DNA from: Candidatus Kuenenia stuttgartensis
Lineage (GTDB): Bacteria; Planctomycetota; Brocadiia; Brocadiales; Brocadiaceae
DNA length: 32,000 nt
Direction of reading: 5' to 3'
Assembly (NCBI RefSeq): GCF_900232105.1
Contig: NZ_LT934425.1
Span: forward strand, 4,140,001-4,172,000
A program made the translations under genes and the position numbers. Of this stretch, positions 10,263 to 19,766 are shown in pieces. The number at the start of each line of letters is the position of its first letter. Position 1 is the stretch's first letter. The notes under the pieces were generated by a model. It searched no databases. It was not told the origin of the DNA and saw nothing but the letters and a program-made list of their open reading frames with translations.

Positions 10263-11273
10263 TTATTCTGTTTTCAACAGTATTTTCCCATCCGCAGGCA
10301 TGCCTGGCTTGAGTTCCATTTCCGGATTATAAACCACTATTTTAATGCGATAAACGAGTTTTACCCGTTCTTCTTTTGTTTGGACGTTCTTGGGAGTAAA
10401 CTCAGCCTCTGAAGCTATGAAGGAAACATGGCCTTCATAAATCTTTTCAGGATATGTATCCGTTGTGATGTGTACTTTTTGACCAACTTTAATCCTTCCC
10501 AGATCCGTTTCGTTTATATATGCCCTAAGCCAGATATCATTCAGGTTGCCAATGATTACAACAGGTGTGCCGGGAGATACGTATTCACCCGGTTCTACGT
10601 TTTTGGACAGGACAATACCGGAAATCGATGATTTAATGGTTGTGTATCCCAGCCGTGTTTTCGCCAATCTCAGTGCCGCTCTAGTCCGCTGCAGATCTGC
10701 CCTTGCCTTATCAATTTTTTCCTTGCGAGGCCCTTTTTTAAAGAGTACGAGTCTTTTATTAACCTCACGATACCTTGCTTCTTCCGCATCATAATCCGCT
10801 TTTGCAGCATCAAATTCACTTGTAGAAATTATTTTTTCTGCATATAGCCTTTCCTGACGTTTATAATCAGCAGCAAGCCGGTCTAAATCAACCCTTGTTC
10901 TTCTGACTACCGCCTCCCACTCCTCGATTTCCTCAGTTCTGTAACCGGTTTCCAGCTCTTCAAAGACGGCCCTGGCAGCATTTACTTCTGCTCTGTAAAG
11001 TAAAACTTCCTGTGCTAATTCAGTACTCTCCAATCTGGCAATTATCTGACCAGCACTAACTGTTTCTCCCTCATCAACCAGTCGTTCTTCGACCCAGCCG
11101 GAGATTCTAAAACTCACAGCAACATCAGTAACCTCAATATTCCCTGACACGTCAATTTCGTCTTTAACCCTGCCCATCCAGCTCTCAGCATACAAATAAA
11201 TTACAATCCCTATTACAATTGGTAACAGCATCAATAGCACTATTTTCTTTTTGACTTTCATTAAAACACTCAA
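10263..11273 (-). CDS. HlyD/MFP-family periplasmic adaptor (YbhG-like)
   Basis: 336 aa; N-terminal TM, GNIEVTDVAVSFRISGWV biotinyl-lipoyl-like segment, coiled-coil, TTIKSSISGIVLSKNVEPGEYVSPG. Confidence 0.92.
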   Translation of the reverse strand: MSVLMKVKKKIVLLMLLPIVIGIVIYLYAESWMGRVKDEIDVSGNIEVTDVAVSFRISGWVEERLVDEGETVSAGQIIARLESTELAQEVLLYRAEVNAARAVFEELETGYRTEEIEEWEAVVRRTRVDLDRLAADYKRQERLYAEKIISTSEFDAAKADYDAEEARYREVNKRLVLFKKGPRKEKIDKARADLQRTRAALRLAKTRLGYTTIKSSISGIVLSKNVEPGEYVSPGTPVVIIGNLNDIWLRAYINETDLGRIKVGQKVHITTDTYPEKIYEGHVSFIASEAEFTPKNVQTKEERVKLVYRIKIVVYNPEMELKPGMPADGKILLKTE

Positions 11274-11813
11274 TTAAATAATTTTTTGGAATCGGATATA
11301 TTCAATATGTTTATCACTACAGTGACATTTTATTCTTAAGTCCTGATTGTAAAATCCTGATTTCAAACTATGTCCCCCGCTGGCGGGGGTGCAGGGGGTG
11401 GACCGGATTTCTCCAGCAATTCAACTACCCCTTTATTATGAAAACAAATTTGCCCCTCTTTCCCACGCTCCGCAGACTGGGTCAAAAGGACAATTTTATC
11501 CTGTTTCGCAACATGCATTTCCACGCAGAGCGTAGGAATGAGAAGAAAAACTTATGGCTATTCATGTTATAAGCCTCCCAGATTCCCTACGCAGACAATT
11601 CCACCCCCTTAATCCCCCGCCAGCGGTGAACAGGCTTGTCACATCCCTTGCAGCTTTCATGCCCTTGTGGGGTTGTTCCGGGTACATTCCCGGTTTTTTG
11701 TGACTTCTGCCATGTTTTAATGAAACGTACAACAGTATTAACCCCTGGCAGTGTTGTTTTGCCCCAATCACATAAACGGTTACAAAAAATCGGGAATGCT
11801 CCTATCCTGATCG

Positions 11814-12047
11814 CTAAAGGGGAAAAGGGACAACGACAATATCCCCTTTATTATAGTTGTCATATATTGTATCCTCTTCGTTATCCCAAATTTTTTGAAA
11901 TGCTGAAGCGGATAAATCCTGAGAAGCTTTTATAAGGATATTTTTTTCTCTTTTACTTTCTAAAAATTGGATAAAGTCAAAAACTTCTGAGAGAAGATTT
12001 TCCGGGAGTTTATCGATCTCCCTTTTTATCATTTCTTTTACCGTCAT
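11814..12047 (-). CDS. DUF2281-like antitoxin-type protein, C-terminally fused to a short PemK/MazF-like toxin remnant
   Basis: MTVKEMIKREIDKLPENLLSEVFDFIQFLE is DUF2281-like; the tail NKGDIVVVPFPL resembles a PemK/MazF N-terminus, then stops. Confidence 0.55.
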   Translation of the reverse strand: MTVKEMIKREIDKLPENLLSEVFDFIQFLESKREKNILIKASQDLSASAFQKIWDNEEDTIYDNYNKGDIVVVPFPL

Positions 12048-12160
12048 TTTTCGTCACATCCGCTTCAATAATATTGTTATTTTGCCAGACTCTATTTATT
12101 GGATAAATTTTATCACAGAATTGCTACAATTATACCTGATTTTGATAATTATAATAGACT

Positions 12161-12420
12161 TCACCAAGATACCACGCCTTTAACAACCTTAATTTCTTCT
12201 GCTAATCCATACAGCCTATACACAATTTCATCTATTAATTCATCCGTTGCTTTAATTCTGGTTTTTAACGGTTCGAGGATTGGCAGGCTTTCAGCAAATT
12301 GCCTTTCCAGCAGTTCCTGCTTCTTTCGGTCTGATGGGTTTATGGATACCTTGTTTTTGTTCTTCCTGAGGACTTCGAGGAGTTGATTGAAGTCGTGTTC
12401 GTGATATTCCTTTTCTATAA
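12161..12420 (-). pseudogene. C-terminal remnant of a type IIG (Eco57I-like) restriction-methylation enzyme
   Basis: Manual minus-strand translation, not in the ORF track: IEKEYHEHDFNQLLEVLRKNKNKVSINPSDRKKQELLERQFAESLPILEPLKTRIKATDELIDEIVYRLYGLAEEIKVVKGVVSW*. No start codon or catalytic domains present. Confidence 0.5.
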
Positions 12421-12605
12421 CAACCTTTTAAATTCATAAACGGATAAATGTGCTTGTTTAATGATGTGAGACAGAGTAAACCTTTTGATAGGATTGTGCG
12501 TTGGGACTGTGAGTTTTAGTGTTCTTTCTGCCGTATGCTTTTTTGCAGACGTATATGACTGTCTTTTTGCCGGACAATTACCCATCCATCACGATGTAAA
12601 GCTTT

Positions 12606-14792
12606 AACACCGATTTTCACACACACATAAACCATCATAATACACCCCTTAAAGTCGTCTGTGTTTGAAGGCTGCAGAGCGATGAATTTATTTTGCCCTT
12701 ACCTTGTAAACTTATATTACAAAATAGTCTATGCCTTGTATTTCATTACTTGCCTGTTAGTAGTAACAAATTACATTTTTAAATCAGGGCATTTTTGCAT
12801 TATTCGGGAATTTCAGCAAATTTTGGGATTTTAGGGTGATAATATGATGAACAAAATGCTTGATTGATGATTATAAGTGTGCTACAATTCTGAATATTAA
12901 CCAATTAGCAAGCGCAAATACCTCTCAAATAGAAGGTATTTGACGGTATTATCAGTATTCAGCAAGAATATTACAAATGCATAATCATCATAATAACACC
13001 CTAATACATGGCAAACTTAATCTAGTTTCATATTTCAATAATCCTGTTTCACAAAGACAAAAACAATATGAAGCAGTAAGGGCCATTGTAATTGACAAAC
13101 AGGCAGTTGAGACTGTAGCAACAAAATTTGGTTACAAGCCAGGCACGGTTTATTCTTTAATGAGAGACGTTAATGCAGGGAAAATAGAACTTTTCCCTAT
13201 CGTGCGAAAGGGCCCTAAAAAGAAAAGGACTACTTGTGATGTTCAGGATAAAATTATCAAATACAGGAAACAGGGACTATCGACAACCGACATCCATAGC
13301 CGCCTTGCGGAAGAGGAGATCAATATATCTGCAATCACAGTAGAACGTATTCTGAAAACCGCAGGGTTCGGCAAACTAAAACGCAGAACGAATAATGAAC
13401 TTGGAAAAACTCTTAAAAACAAAATCATACCGGAACGTTCGGAACACCTGGATTTTGAGATACTCGAATATCTTAATGTGGATTGCCCCACGGCCGGGGT
13501 TTTCTTTTTTATCCCTTATATCATAGAATCCGGTATCCTTGATTTGTTGCAGGAATGTAAGTTGCCTGAATCAAGCGATATTGGATCGACGCAAGCCTGT
13601 CTTTCCATGTTACTGCTGAAATTAATAGGCGAGAGGAGGCTGACCCATATTTGTGCTTATGACCAGGAACCTGGCTTTGGAGTTTTTGCCGGATTAAACG
13701 TTCTTCCGAAGCCTACATACATGAACACCTATTCATGCCGTTGCTCTGAAACTCAGTTGATGAATTTGCAAAGCAAAGTTGTTTCGCTTTTCAGGAAAAA
13801 GTATCCGGACTTTTATAGTAGCGACTATATAAATCTTGATTTTCACTCGATCCCGCATTATGGGGATGAATCCGAAATGGAAAAGATCTGGTGTGGGTCT
13901 AAGGGTAAGACCATGAAAGGCGCTAATACCATCATTGCGTCTGATAGTAAAAGCAATGCAGTTTTATATACAAGAGCTGATATACTACGGCGCGAAGAGT
14001 CGCAAGAGGTTAAAAAGTTTGTAAGTTACTGGAAAAATATAAAAGGCAATGTTAGCGAAACACTTGTTTTTGATTGCAAGTTTACGGCTTACAATATCCT
14101 TGACGATCTTGAAAATGACAAGGTAAAGTTCATAACGCTTCGTAAACGTTATGCCGGCCTTGTGAAGGAAACATTGGTACTTCCAAAGGAGGTATGGAAA
14201 AAAGTTTATATTCCGGTTCCAAAGCGAAAGTATAAAAACGTCTCAGTTTATGAAAGCGAAGTCAGGCTTAAAGATTGTAAAAACATTTTCAGGCAAATAG
14301 TGGTGAAAGATCACGGACGGGAGAACCCTACATTTATTTTAACCAATAGCAAAGAGCTGTCCTTACAAAGGGTATTGGAAGTTTACGCTAAACGATGGCG
14401 GATAGAAAACAAAATAGCCGAACTGGTAATGTTTTTCAATCTGAACTCTCTGTCTTCACCTATTATGATCCGTATTCATTTTGACATTCTATGGACAATG
14501 ATTGCTGATACCCTGTATCATCGATTCGCATGCGACCTGAGACGTTTTGAAAATAATCTTGCCCCTGCAATATTCAGGAAGTTTATTGATATGCCGGGGA
14601 GGGTCGTTTATGACGGTGGTAAGTTTTTTGTGAAAATAAGAAAAAGAGCACATACTCCGGTTTTGATGGAAGTAAAAAAATTACAAACTCCATTCGCTGT
14701 TCCATGGCTTGGAGGAAAATCTATTGAAATTGTCTGGACGGCATGATTAGGGTGTTTTTATGATGGTTTTCATGCCTGTGAAAATCGGTGTT
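12606..14792 (+). mobile_element. Insertion sequence carrying a 589-aa transposase, bounded by ~45-bp imperfect inverted repeats
   Basis: Left AACACCGATTTTCACACACACATAAACCATCATAATACACCC; reverse complement of right AACACCGATTTTCACAGGCATGAAAACCATCATAAAAACACCC. No convincing target duplication seen. Confidence 0.75.
12977..14746 (+). CDS. DDE transposase (IS4-like fold) with N-terminal helix-turn-helix
   Basis: 589 aa; HTH-like KQAVETVATKFGYKPGTVYSLMRDVNAG, SETLVFDCKFTAYNIL, and YAKRWRIENKIAELV (Y-x2-R-x3-E-x6 DDE-type motif). Confidence 0.8.
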   Translation: MHNHHNNTLIHGKLNLVSYFNNPVSQRQKQYEAVRAIVIDKQAVETVATKFGYKPGTVYSLMRDVNAGKIELFPIVRKGPKKKRTTCDVQDKIIKYRKQGLSTTDIHSRLAEEEINISAITVERILKTAGFGKLKRRTNNELGKTLKNKIIPERSEHLDFEILEYLNVDCPTAGVFFFIPYIIESGILDLLQECKLPESSDIGSTQACLSMLLLKLIGERRLTHICAYDQEPGFGVFAGLNVLPKPTYMNTYSCRCSETQLMNLQSKVVSLFRKKYPDFYSSDYINLDFHSIPHYGDESEMEKIWCGSKGKTMKGANTIIASDSKSNAVLYTRADILRREESQEVKKFVSYWKNIKGNVSETLVFDCKFTAYNILDDLENDKVKFITLRKRYAGLVKETLVLPKEVWKKVYIPVPKRKYKNVSVYESEVRLKDCKNIFRQIVVKDHGRENPTFILTNSKELSLQRVLEVYAKRWRIENKIAELVMFFNLNSLSSPIMIRIHFDILWTMIADTLYHRFACDLRRFENNLAPAIFRKFIDMPGRVVYDGGKFFVKIRKRAHTPVLMEVKKLQTPFAVPWLGGKSIEIVWTA

Positions 14793-14821
14793 TAAAAGAT
14801 GCGGAATTTCTTGACGAATTA

Positions 14822-15849
14822 TTGCAGCAAATCCCTGAACATCGCATGCCCAGAGGCGTTCGCCACAGGAAACGTTCTATCCTGGCAATTTCTATCTGTG
14901 CTATCATCTGCAATGCCTGGAGCTTTGCCGCCATTGCAGAGTGGGCAAAGCGTTGTCCGCAAAATATGCTAAAACGTCTCTCCTGCCGTTATAATACAAA
15001 AACGAAACGATACGAACCACCGAGTGAACCTACCATCAGGCGTTTCTTACAGCAGGTGGATGCAGAAGCAGTTGATAAAGTCCTCTCGCGTTGGTTTCAA
15101 TCTGTAGGTGATAAAAGCCTGCCCATTGCGGTTGACGGGAAAACCCTTTGCGGTGCAAGACAGCCTGACGGCAAACAGGTACATTTGCTTGCCGCTTTTC
15201 TTCATAAACAGGGTATAGTTCTCGCACAAACTCAGGTAGACCGCAAAACAAACGAAATACCGATGGTTCCGGTATTGTTTGATGATTTAGACATAAAAGA
15301 CCGTGTCGTTACTTTCGATGCCTTACATGCGCAAAAGGAAACCGCCCGTTATCTGGTAGAAGACAAAAAGGCAGAATATATATTCACGGTGAAAGATAAT
15401 CAAAAAACCATAAAACAAGCCATCTAGGAACTGAATCTCAGTTCTTTTCCCCCCCTCAGCACGAAACAATTGAAAAAGGCCATGGCCGCATTGAAATCCG
15501 CAGGATTTGGACCAGCACCGAATTAAACGAATAACTTGATTTCCCCTACGTTAAGCAGGTATTTTGCATTCATAGAATATTTACAAAAGTCAAGACCGGC
15601 AAAAAGACCGAGGAAATTGTTTACGGTATTACCAGCCTGACACAACAAAAAGCAAGTCCCAAAACCATTCTTAAGTTTTCCCGCGGACACTGGTCAATAG
15701 AAAATGGACTTCATTATGTGCGTGATACCTCCTTCCGTGAAGACCATTCTCAAATACGCACACAAAATGCCCCAAGGGCAATGGCTTCTTTGAAGAACCT
15801 TGTGGTTGGGCTGTTTCATTTTCTCAATGTACCAAATATTACCGAGTAG
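14822..15849 (+). pseudogene. ISAs1-family transposase, broken reading frame
   Basis: ORF 14822-15427 (AVDGKTLCGARQPDGKQVHLLAAF, FTVKDNQKTIKQAI*), followed by further ISAs1-like sequence (GHWSIENGLHYVRDTSFREDHSQIRTQNAPRAMASLKNLVVGLFHFL) after the stop/frame change. Confidence 0.8.
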
Positions 15850-16102
15850 AAAACAGGCGCATTGCTAAACGTTTGAAACCTCTTTCATACTGAAGCGGAG
15901 GTATTTACTCAATCTCTTTTTAGTATGTTTCCTGTTCCCTCTCTAAAATTCCTTACGGTCAGAACCCAGGAAGTGCCTTTTTGGTCAAAAAGCATGTAAG
16001 CTATTGAATTGTGTAGAGATAGGTGTATATAGAGAGAAGGCATTGCCATACGTGGGTGGAAAATGATATGATCCCTTTTTTTCGGAGAAAGGGCGGGTAC
16101 TC

Positions 16103-16603
16103 ATGCCACAGTTAGTATTACCCCTATTTTCCCCTGACTGCAAACTGATAAATAATCAGGTAGGTTTTGAGAAAATAGGTAGCAAGATATATTATTTTCA
16201 CGGAAGACTTCCTGTGTTTAGTCATGAGGAAGACGACCTGGAATCATTTCGGTTCATCACCAGTCAATTAGTAGTCGGCGGTAATGTCAAGCAACAACAA
16301 ATAGTGAAGGCCTTCGGTGTTTCGGCAATAAGTGTTAAGCGTAGTGTAAAGCGGCTAAGAGAACATGGGCCTAAGGGATTTTTCCGTCAGTCAGCGCGAA
16401 CAAGGTCAGCCCATGTGCTTACGCCAGAGGTAAAAGCGAAGGTGCAAAAGTGCCTGGAAAGAGGGCAGAGTGTTTCAGAAACAGGTAAGAAGTTCAATAT
16501 CAAATCAAGTACGATTCACAAGGCAATCCAAAGCGGTCAGTTAGAGAAAAAAAAACGGCAGAAAGCGCTCCGGAGCAAAGAAACAAAAGTGAGCGTGCCG
16601 TAA
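16103..16603 (+). CDS. Helix-turn-helix N-terminal part of a transposase-like protein (ORF A)
   Basis: 166 aa; VKQQQIVKAFGVSAISVKRSVKRLREHG and QSVSETGKKFNIKSSTIHKAIQSG are two HTH-like segments. The adjacent downstream frame encodes the rest. Confidence 0.65.
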   Translation: MPQLVLPLFSPDCKLINNQVGFEKIGSKIYYFHGRLPVFSHEEDDLESFRFITSQLVVGGNVKQQQIVKAFGVSAISVKRSVKRLREHGPKGFFRQSARTRSAHVLTPEVKAKVQKCLERGQSVSETGKKFNIKSSTIHKAIQSGQLEKKKRQKALRSKETKVSVP

Positions 16604-16620
16604 CCGATAGTCGTGCTGGT

Positions 16621-17430
16621 ATGGGTCTTGGATGTACACGGGAACAAGAACGTGTAGAAGCCGCATTAGGTGGGCTTAATGAGGCAGTTCCGGCATTTGT
16701 TCCCGATCAGGACGTCAAATCGGCAGGGGTATTGTTTGCACTGCCGGCATTATTATTAAATGGTTTGCTAAAGTATGCAAACAACTATCTCTCATTTCCC
16801 AAAGGGTACTATGGATTACAATCGTTTCTGCTGCTACTGTCGTTTGCAGCCCTCTTAAGGATCAAATCACTGGAGGCAATTCGCTATTGTGAAGCTGGGG
16901 AATTGGGCAAGGCAATCGGGTTAGACCGTATACCTGAAATACGAACACTGCGCAAAAAAGTGAAATATATAACAAACCATGGCGAACCTGAGCAGTGGAG
17001 CAAAGAGTTATCAAAATACTGGATGGAAGAGGATCCGGAATTGGCCTGGATCCTTTACGTGGACGGCCATGTACGGGTATATAGCGGAAGCAAGACACCG
17101 TTACCGAAGCGGTATGTATCGAGGCAAAAGCTATGTTTAAGGGGTTTAACCGACTATTGGGTAAATGATGCAGTAGGTAAGCCATTTTTCGTGGTAAGCA
17201 AAGCGGTAAATCCCGGCTTGCTTTCGGTAATGAGAGAACAGATCATACCCCGGTTGCTCCGAGACATACCAAAGCAGCCTACCGGGGAAGAATTAAAAGC
17301 CAATCGTCATCTCTATCGCTTTGGTGTAGTATTTGACCGTGAGGGTTACAGTCCTGAGTTTTTCAAAGAAATGTGGGAGAAACGCATAGCGTGTTATACC
17401 TACAAAAAGGTAACTATTCAGCGAAAATAA
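16621..17430 (+). pseudogene. Transposase-like protein (ORF B), interrupted at 17409 by IS66; resumes at 24332
   Basis: In frame after removing 17410-24323 and one ACAAAAAG: ...CYTYKK|YVNDVWPESEFIEKEVV. The annotated last 6 codons belong to the IS66 end. Confidence 0.75.
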
Positions 17431-17679
17431 TTTAGAATTTACTTGACAGCAGAAATGTTACAAACAAGCAATTTACCTGGTAGTGTATGTATATGTTTGT
17501 AAATGCGTTAAAAACAGGCAGCAAGATGCCGTGCATAGAGACGTGTGTGGGGTCTGTTCAGTTATAGAATTTCGAGCCCTTGTGGTGTGTTATAGAGCGA
17601 AAGAAAAGGGTGAAAAAACCTGCAGTATAATAGATGCAGTAGATAATTTCAGGCTAATTATATATACAGGTATCATCCA

Positions 17680-18333
17680 TTGACGATAGAGAATATAGAC
17701 GTAGACGCAACACTCCAAAAAGTAGAGAAGCTGCTTTCAGAAGAGAAAGGGCTGTCACCGGCGGTGAGGTCAATGATAGAGTTGTTGGTATTATTGATAA
17801 CACTGCTGGTAGGACGTCTGAACCGGAACAGCCGCAACAGCAGCAAGCCTCCCTCAAGCGATCCGAATCGCAAGAAAGAAAGCAAGGCGAAGGGTGAAAG
17901 GAAGGCAGGCGGGCAAAAGGGCCGTGATGGAGTAACGCTCAAAAAGGTAGACAATCCTGATGAGGTGGAAGTAATAAAAGTAGACCGGAGGAAGTATCCG
18001 CGCAGCAAATACAAGGTGGTAGGTTACGAAGCACGCCAGGTGTTTGATATAAAGATTTCGCGTGTAGTGACGGAGTATCGTGCAGAGGTAGTAGAGGATG
18101 CGAAAGGGAATCGGATTGTAGCGTCATTTCCGGAAGGGGTAACAAAGGCGGTGCAGTATGGTCCGGATTTGAAAGCACATGCAGTCTATATGTCGCAGTA
18201 TCAATTGATACCCTACAAGAGGATACAGGAGTATTTTGAAGGGCAGATTGGGATACCGCTGAGTGAAGGTTCTATTTACAACTTTAACAGGGAAGCCTAC
18301 GAGTCATTGGAACCCTTCGATGTGAGAGCCAGG
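17680..18333 (+). pseudogene. IS66-family transposase, N-terminal part (218 codons)
   Basis: IS66 zinc-finger/linker region (NRNSRNSSKPPSSDPNRKKE, KGRDGVTLKK, GIPLSEGSIYNFNREAYESLEPFDVRAR). Continues at 23524. Confidence 0.93.
18329..18333. repeat. 5-bp target-site duplication CCAGG (left) of the 4-gene transposon
   Basis: Matching copy at 23519-23523; removal restores the IS66 frame DVRAR-EELAKSEVMHVDET. Confidence 0.93.
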
Positions 18334-18343
18334 TGCTAAGCCC

Positions 18344-19727
18344 CATAAGCGCTAACTTGTTTTATTGACAAATTTTATTCATCATGGTATTTTTATGTTA
18401 ATTATCCCGCTAATCACTCTATAGGAGGATAAAGCCATGATGAGAGAAGATTGGGATCTTCTAAGAACTTTCTTCCCAAACGATTGGAAAAGTTTAGCCG
18501 TTGATACAAATGCTTTAAAAGGCTTGCGCAAGGATAAATCTGAAGAAAAGCTTCTTCGAACATTATTAATTCATTTAGGATGTGGCTATTCATTGCGTGA
18601 AACAGTAGTTCGAGCCAAGCGTGCTAACTTAGCAGATTTATCCGATGTTGCCTTATTAAAGCGATTAAAAAAGAGCAAAGAATGGCTATATAAATTATGT
18701 TTATCTTTATTCCGTGAGCGTGGCCTCCAAATTAATAAACGGAATAATTTTCATCTTCGCTTATTTGATGCAACAACAGTAAAGGAACCTGGGAAAACAG
18801 GAAGTCTTTGGCGCATTCATTATAGTATTGAGGTTCCTTCATTATCTTGCGATTTCTTTAAACTTACGGGAACTGAAGGAGAAGGCACAGGAGAATCTTT
18901 TCGGCAGTTTCCGATGAAAAAAGATGATTATATTATAGCTGACAGAGGTTACTGTACTGGCCAAGGAATTCATCATGCAACAAGGAAAGGCGCTTATCTT
19001 AGCGTTAGAGTTAATTCGCAATCTCTACGGATATTCGGCGAAGAAAAGAAACCCTTTCCTTTATTGAAAGAAATCCAATATTTAAAAAGACCCCTTGCTA
19101 TAAAATCATGGAACGTTTTTATTCCAAACGTTGATAATACTGAATATGTCAAAGGTCGTCTTTGTATAATACACAAAACAGAAGAAGCCATTAAAATAGC
19201 TCATAAAAAACTTAAAAGACATGCAAGCAAAAAGGGCATTGAACTAAAACCGGAGACCCTTATTTATGCCAAGTACGTAATAGTATTCACAACGTTTCCT
19301 GAAAATCAATTTACCGCTTTTGATATCTTAGAATGGTATCGAGTTCGATGGCAAATTGAACTGGTCTTTAAAAGATTTAAACAAATAGCACAATTTGGAC
19401 ACTTACCTAAATACGATGATGATAGCTCAAAAGCTTGGCTTTATGGCAAACTATTCGTTGCTCTTTTGACAGAAAAACTAATAGATTTTGCTACGTCTTT
19501 TTCCCCCTGGGGATACTTCATTGTCAAGCAAGAAGACTAAAAGCAAATGGCGTGAATTTGCTTTTATGCTTAATCAAGTAAAACGGGCTATAGAACCAGC
19601 GTTATCATTACAGGAAGTTCTTAAGTGCTGGAATGACATTGCTTGTTCTTTAGCAGAAAATACAAGAATCCGAAAAACACAGATATCAAAATACTTCGAG
19701 CATACCTAAAACAAGTTAGCGCTTATG
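18344..19727 (+). mobile_element. IS4-family element, copy 2, complete (1384 bp)
   Basis: Perfect terminal inverted repeat CATAAGCGCTAACTTGTTTTA; 11-bp duplication GTGCTAAGCCC at 18333-18343 and 19728-19738. Confidence 0.96.
18437..19540 (+). CDS. IS4-family transposase, main ORF
   Basis: 367 aa; DATTV, YIIADRGYCTG, YRVRWQIELVFKRFKQ. C-terminal region continues in another frame (19488-19709). Confidence 0.95.
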   Translation: MMREDWDLLRTFFPNDWKSLAVDTNALKGLRKDKSEEKLLRTLLIHLGCGYSLRETVVRAKRANLADLSDVALLKRLKKSKEWLYKLCLSLFRERGLQINKRNNFHLRLFDATTVKEPGKTGSLWRIHYSIEVPSLSCDFFKLTGTEGEGTGESFRQFPMKKDDYIIADRGYCTGQGIHHATRKGAYLSVRVNSQSLRIFGEEKKPFPLLKEIQYLKRPLAIKSWNVFIPNVDNTEYVKGRLCIIHKTEEAIKIAHKKLKRHASKKGIELKPETLIYAKYVIVFTTFPENQFTAFDILEWYRVRWQIELVFKRFKQIAQFGHLPKYDDDSSKAWLYGKLFVALLTEKLIDFATSFSPWGYFIVKQED

Positions 19728-19766
19728 GTGCTAAGCCCCACAATAAATGAACCTGGAATTCTCAGA

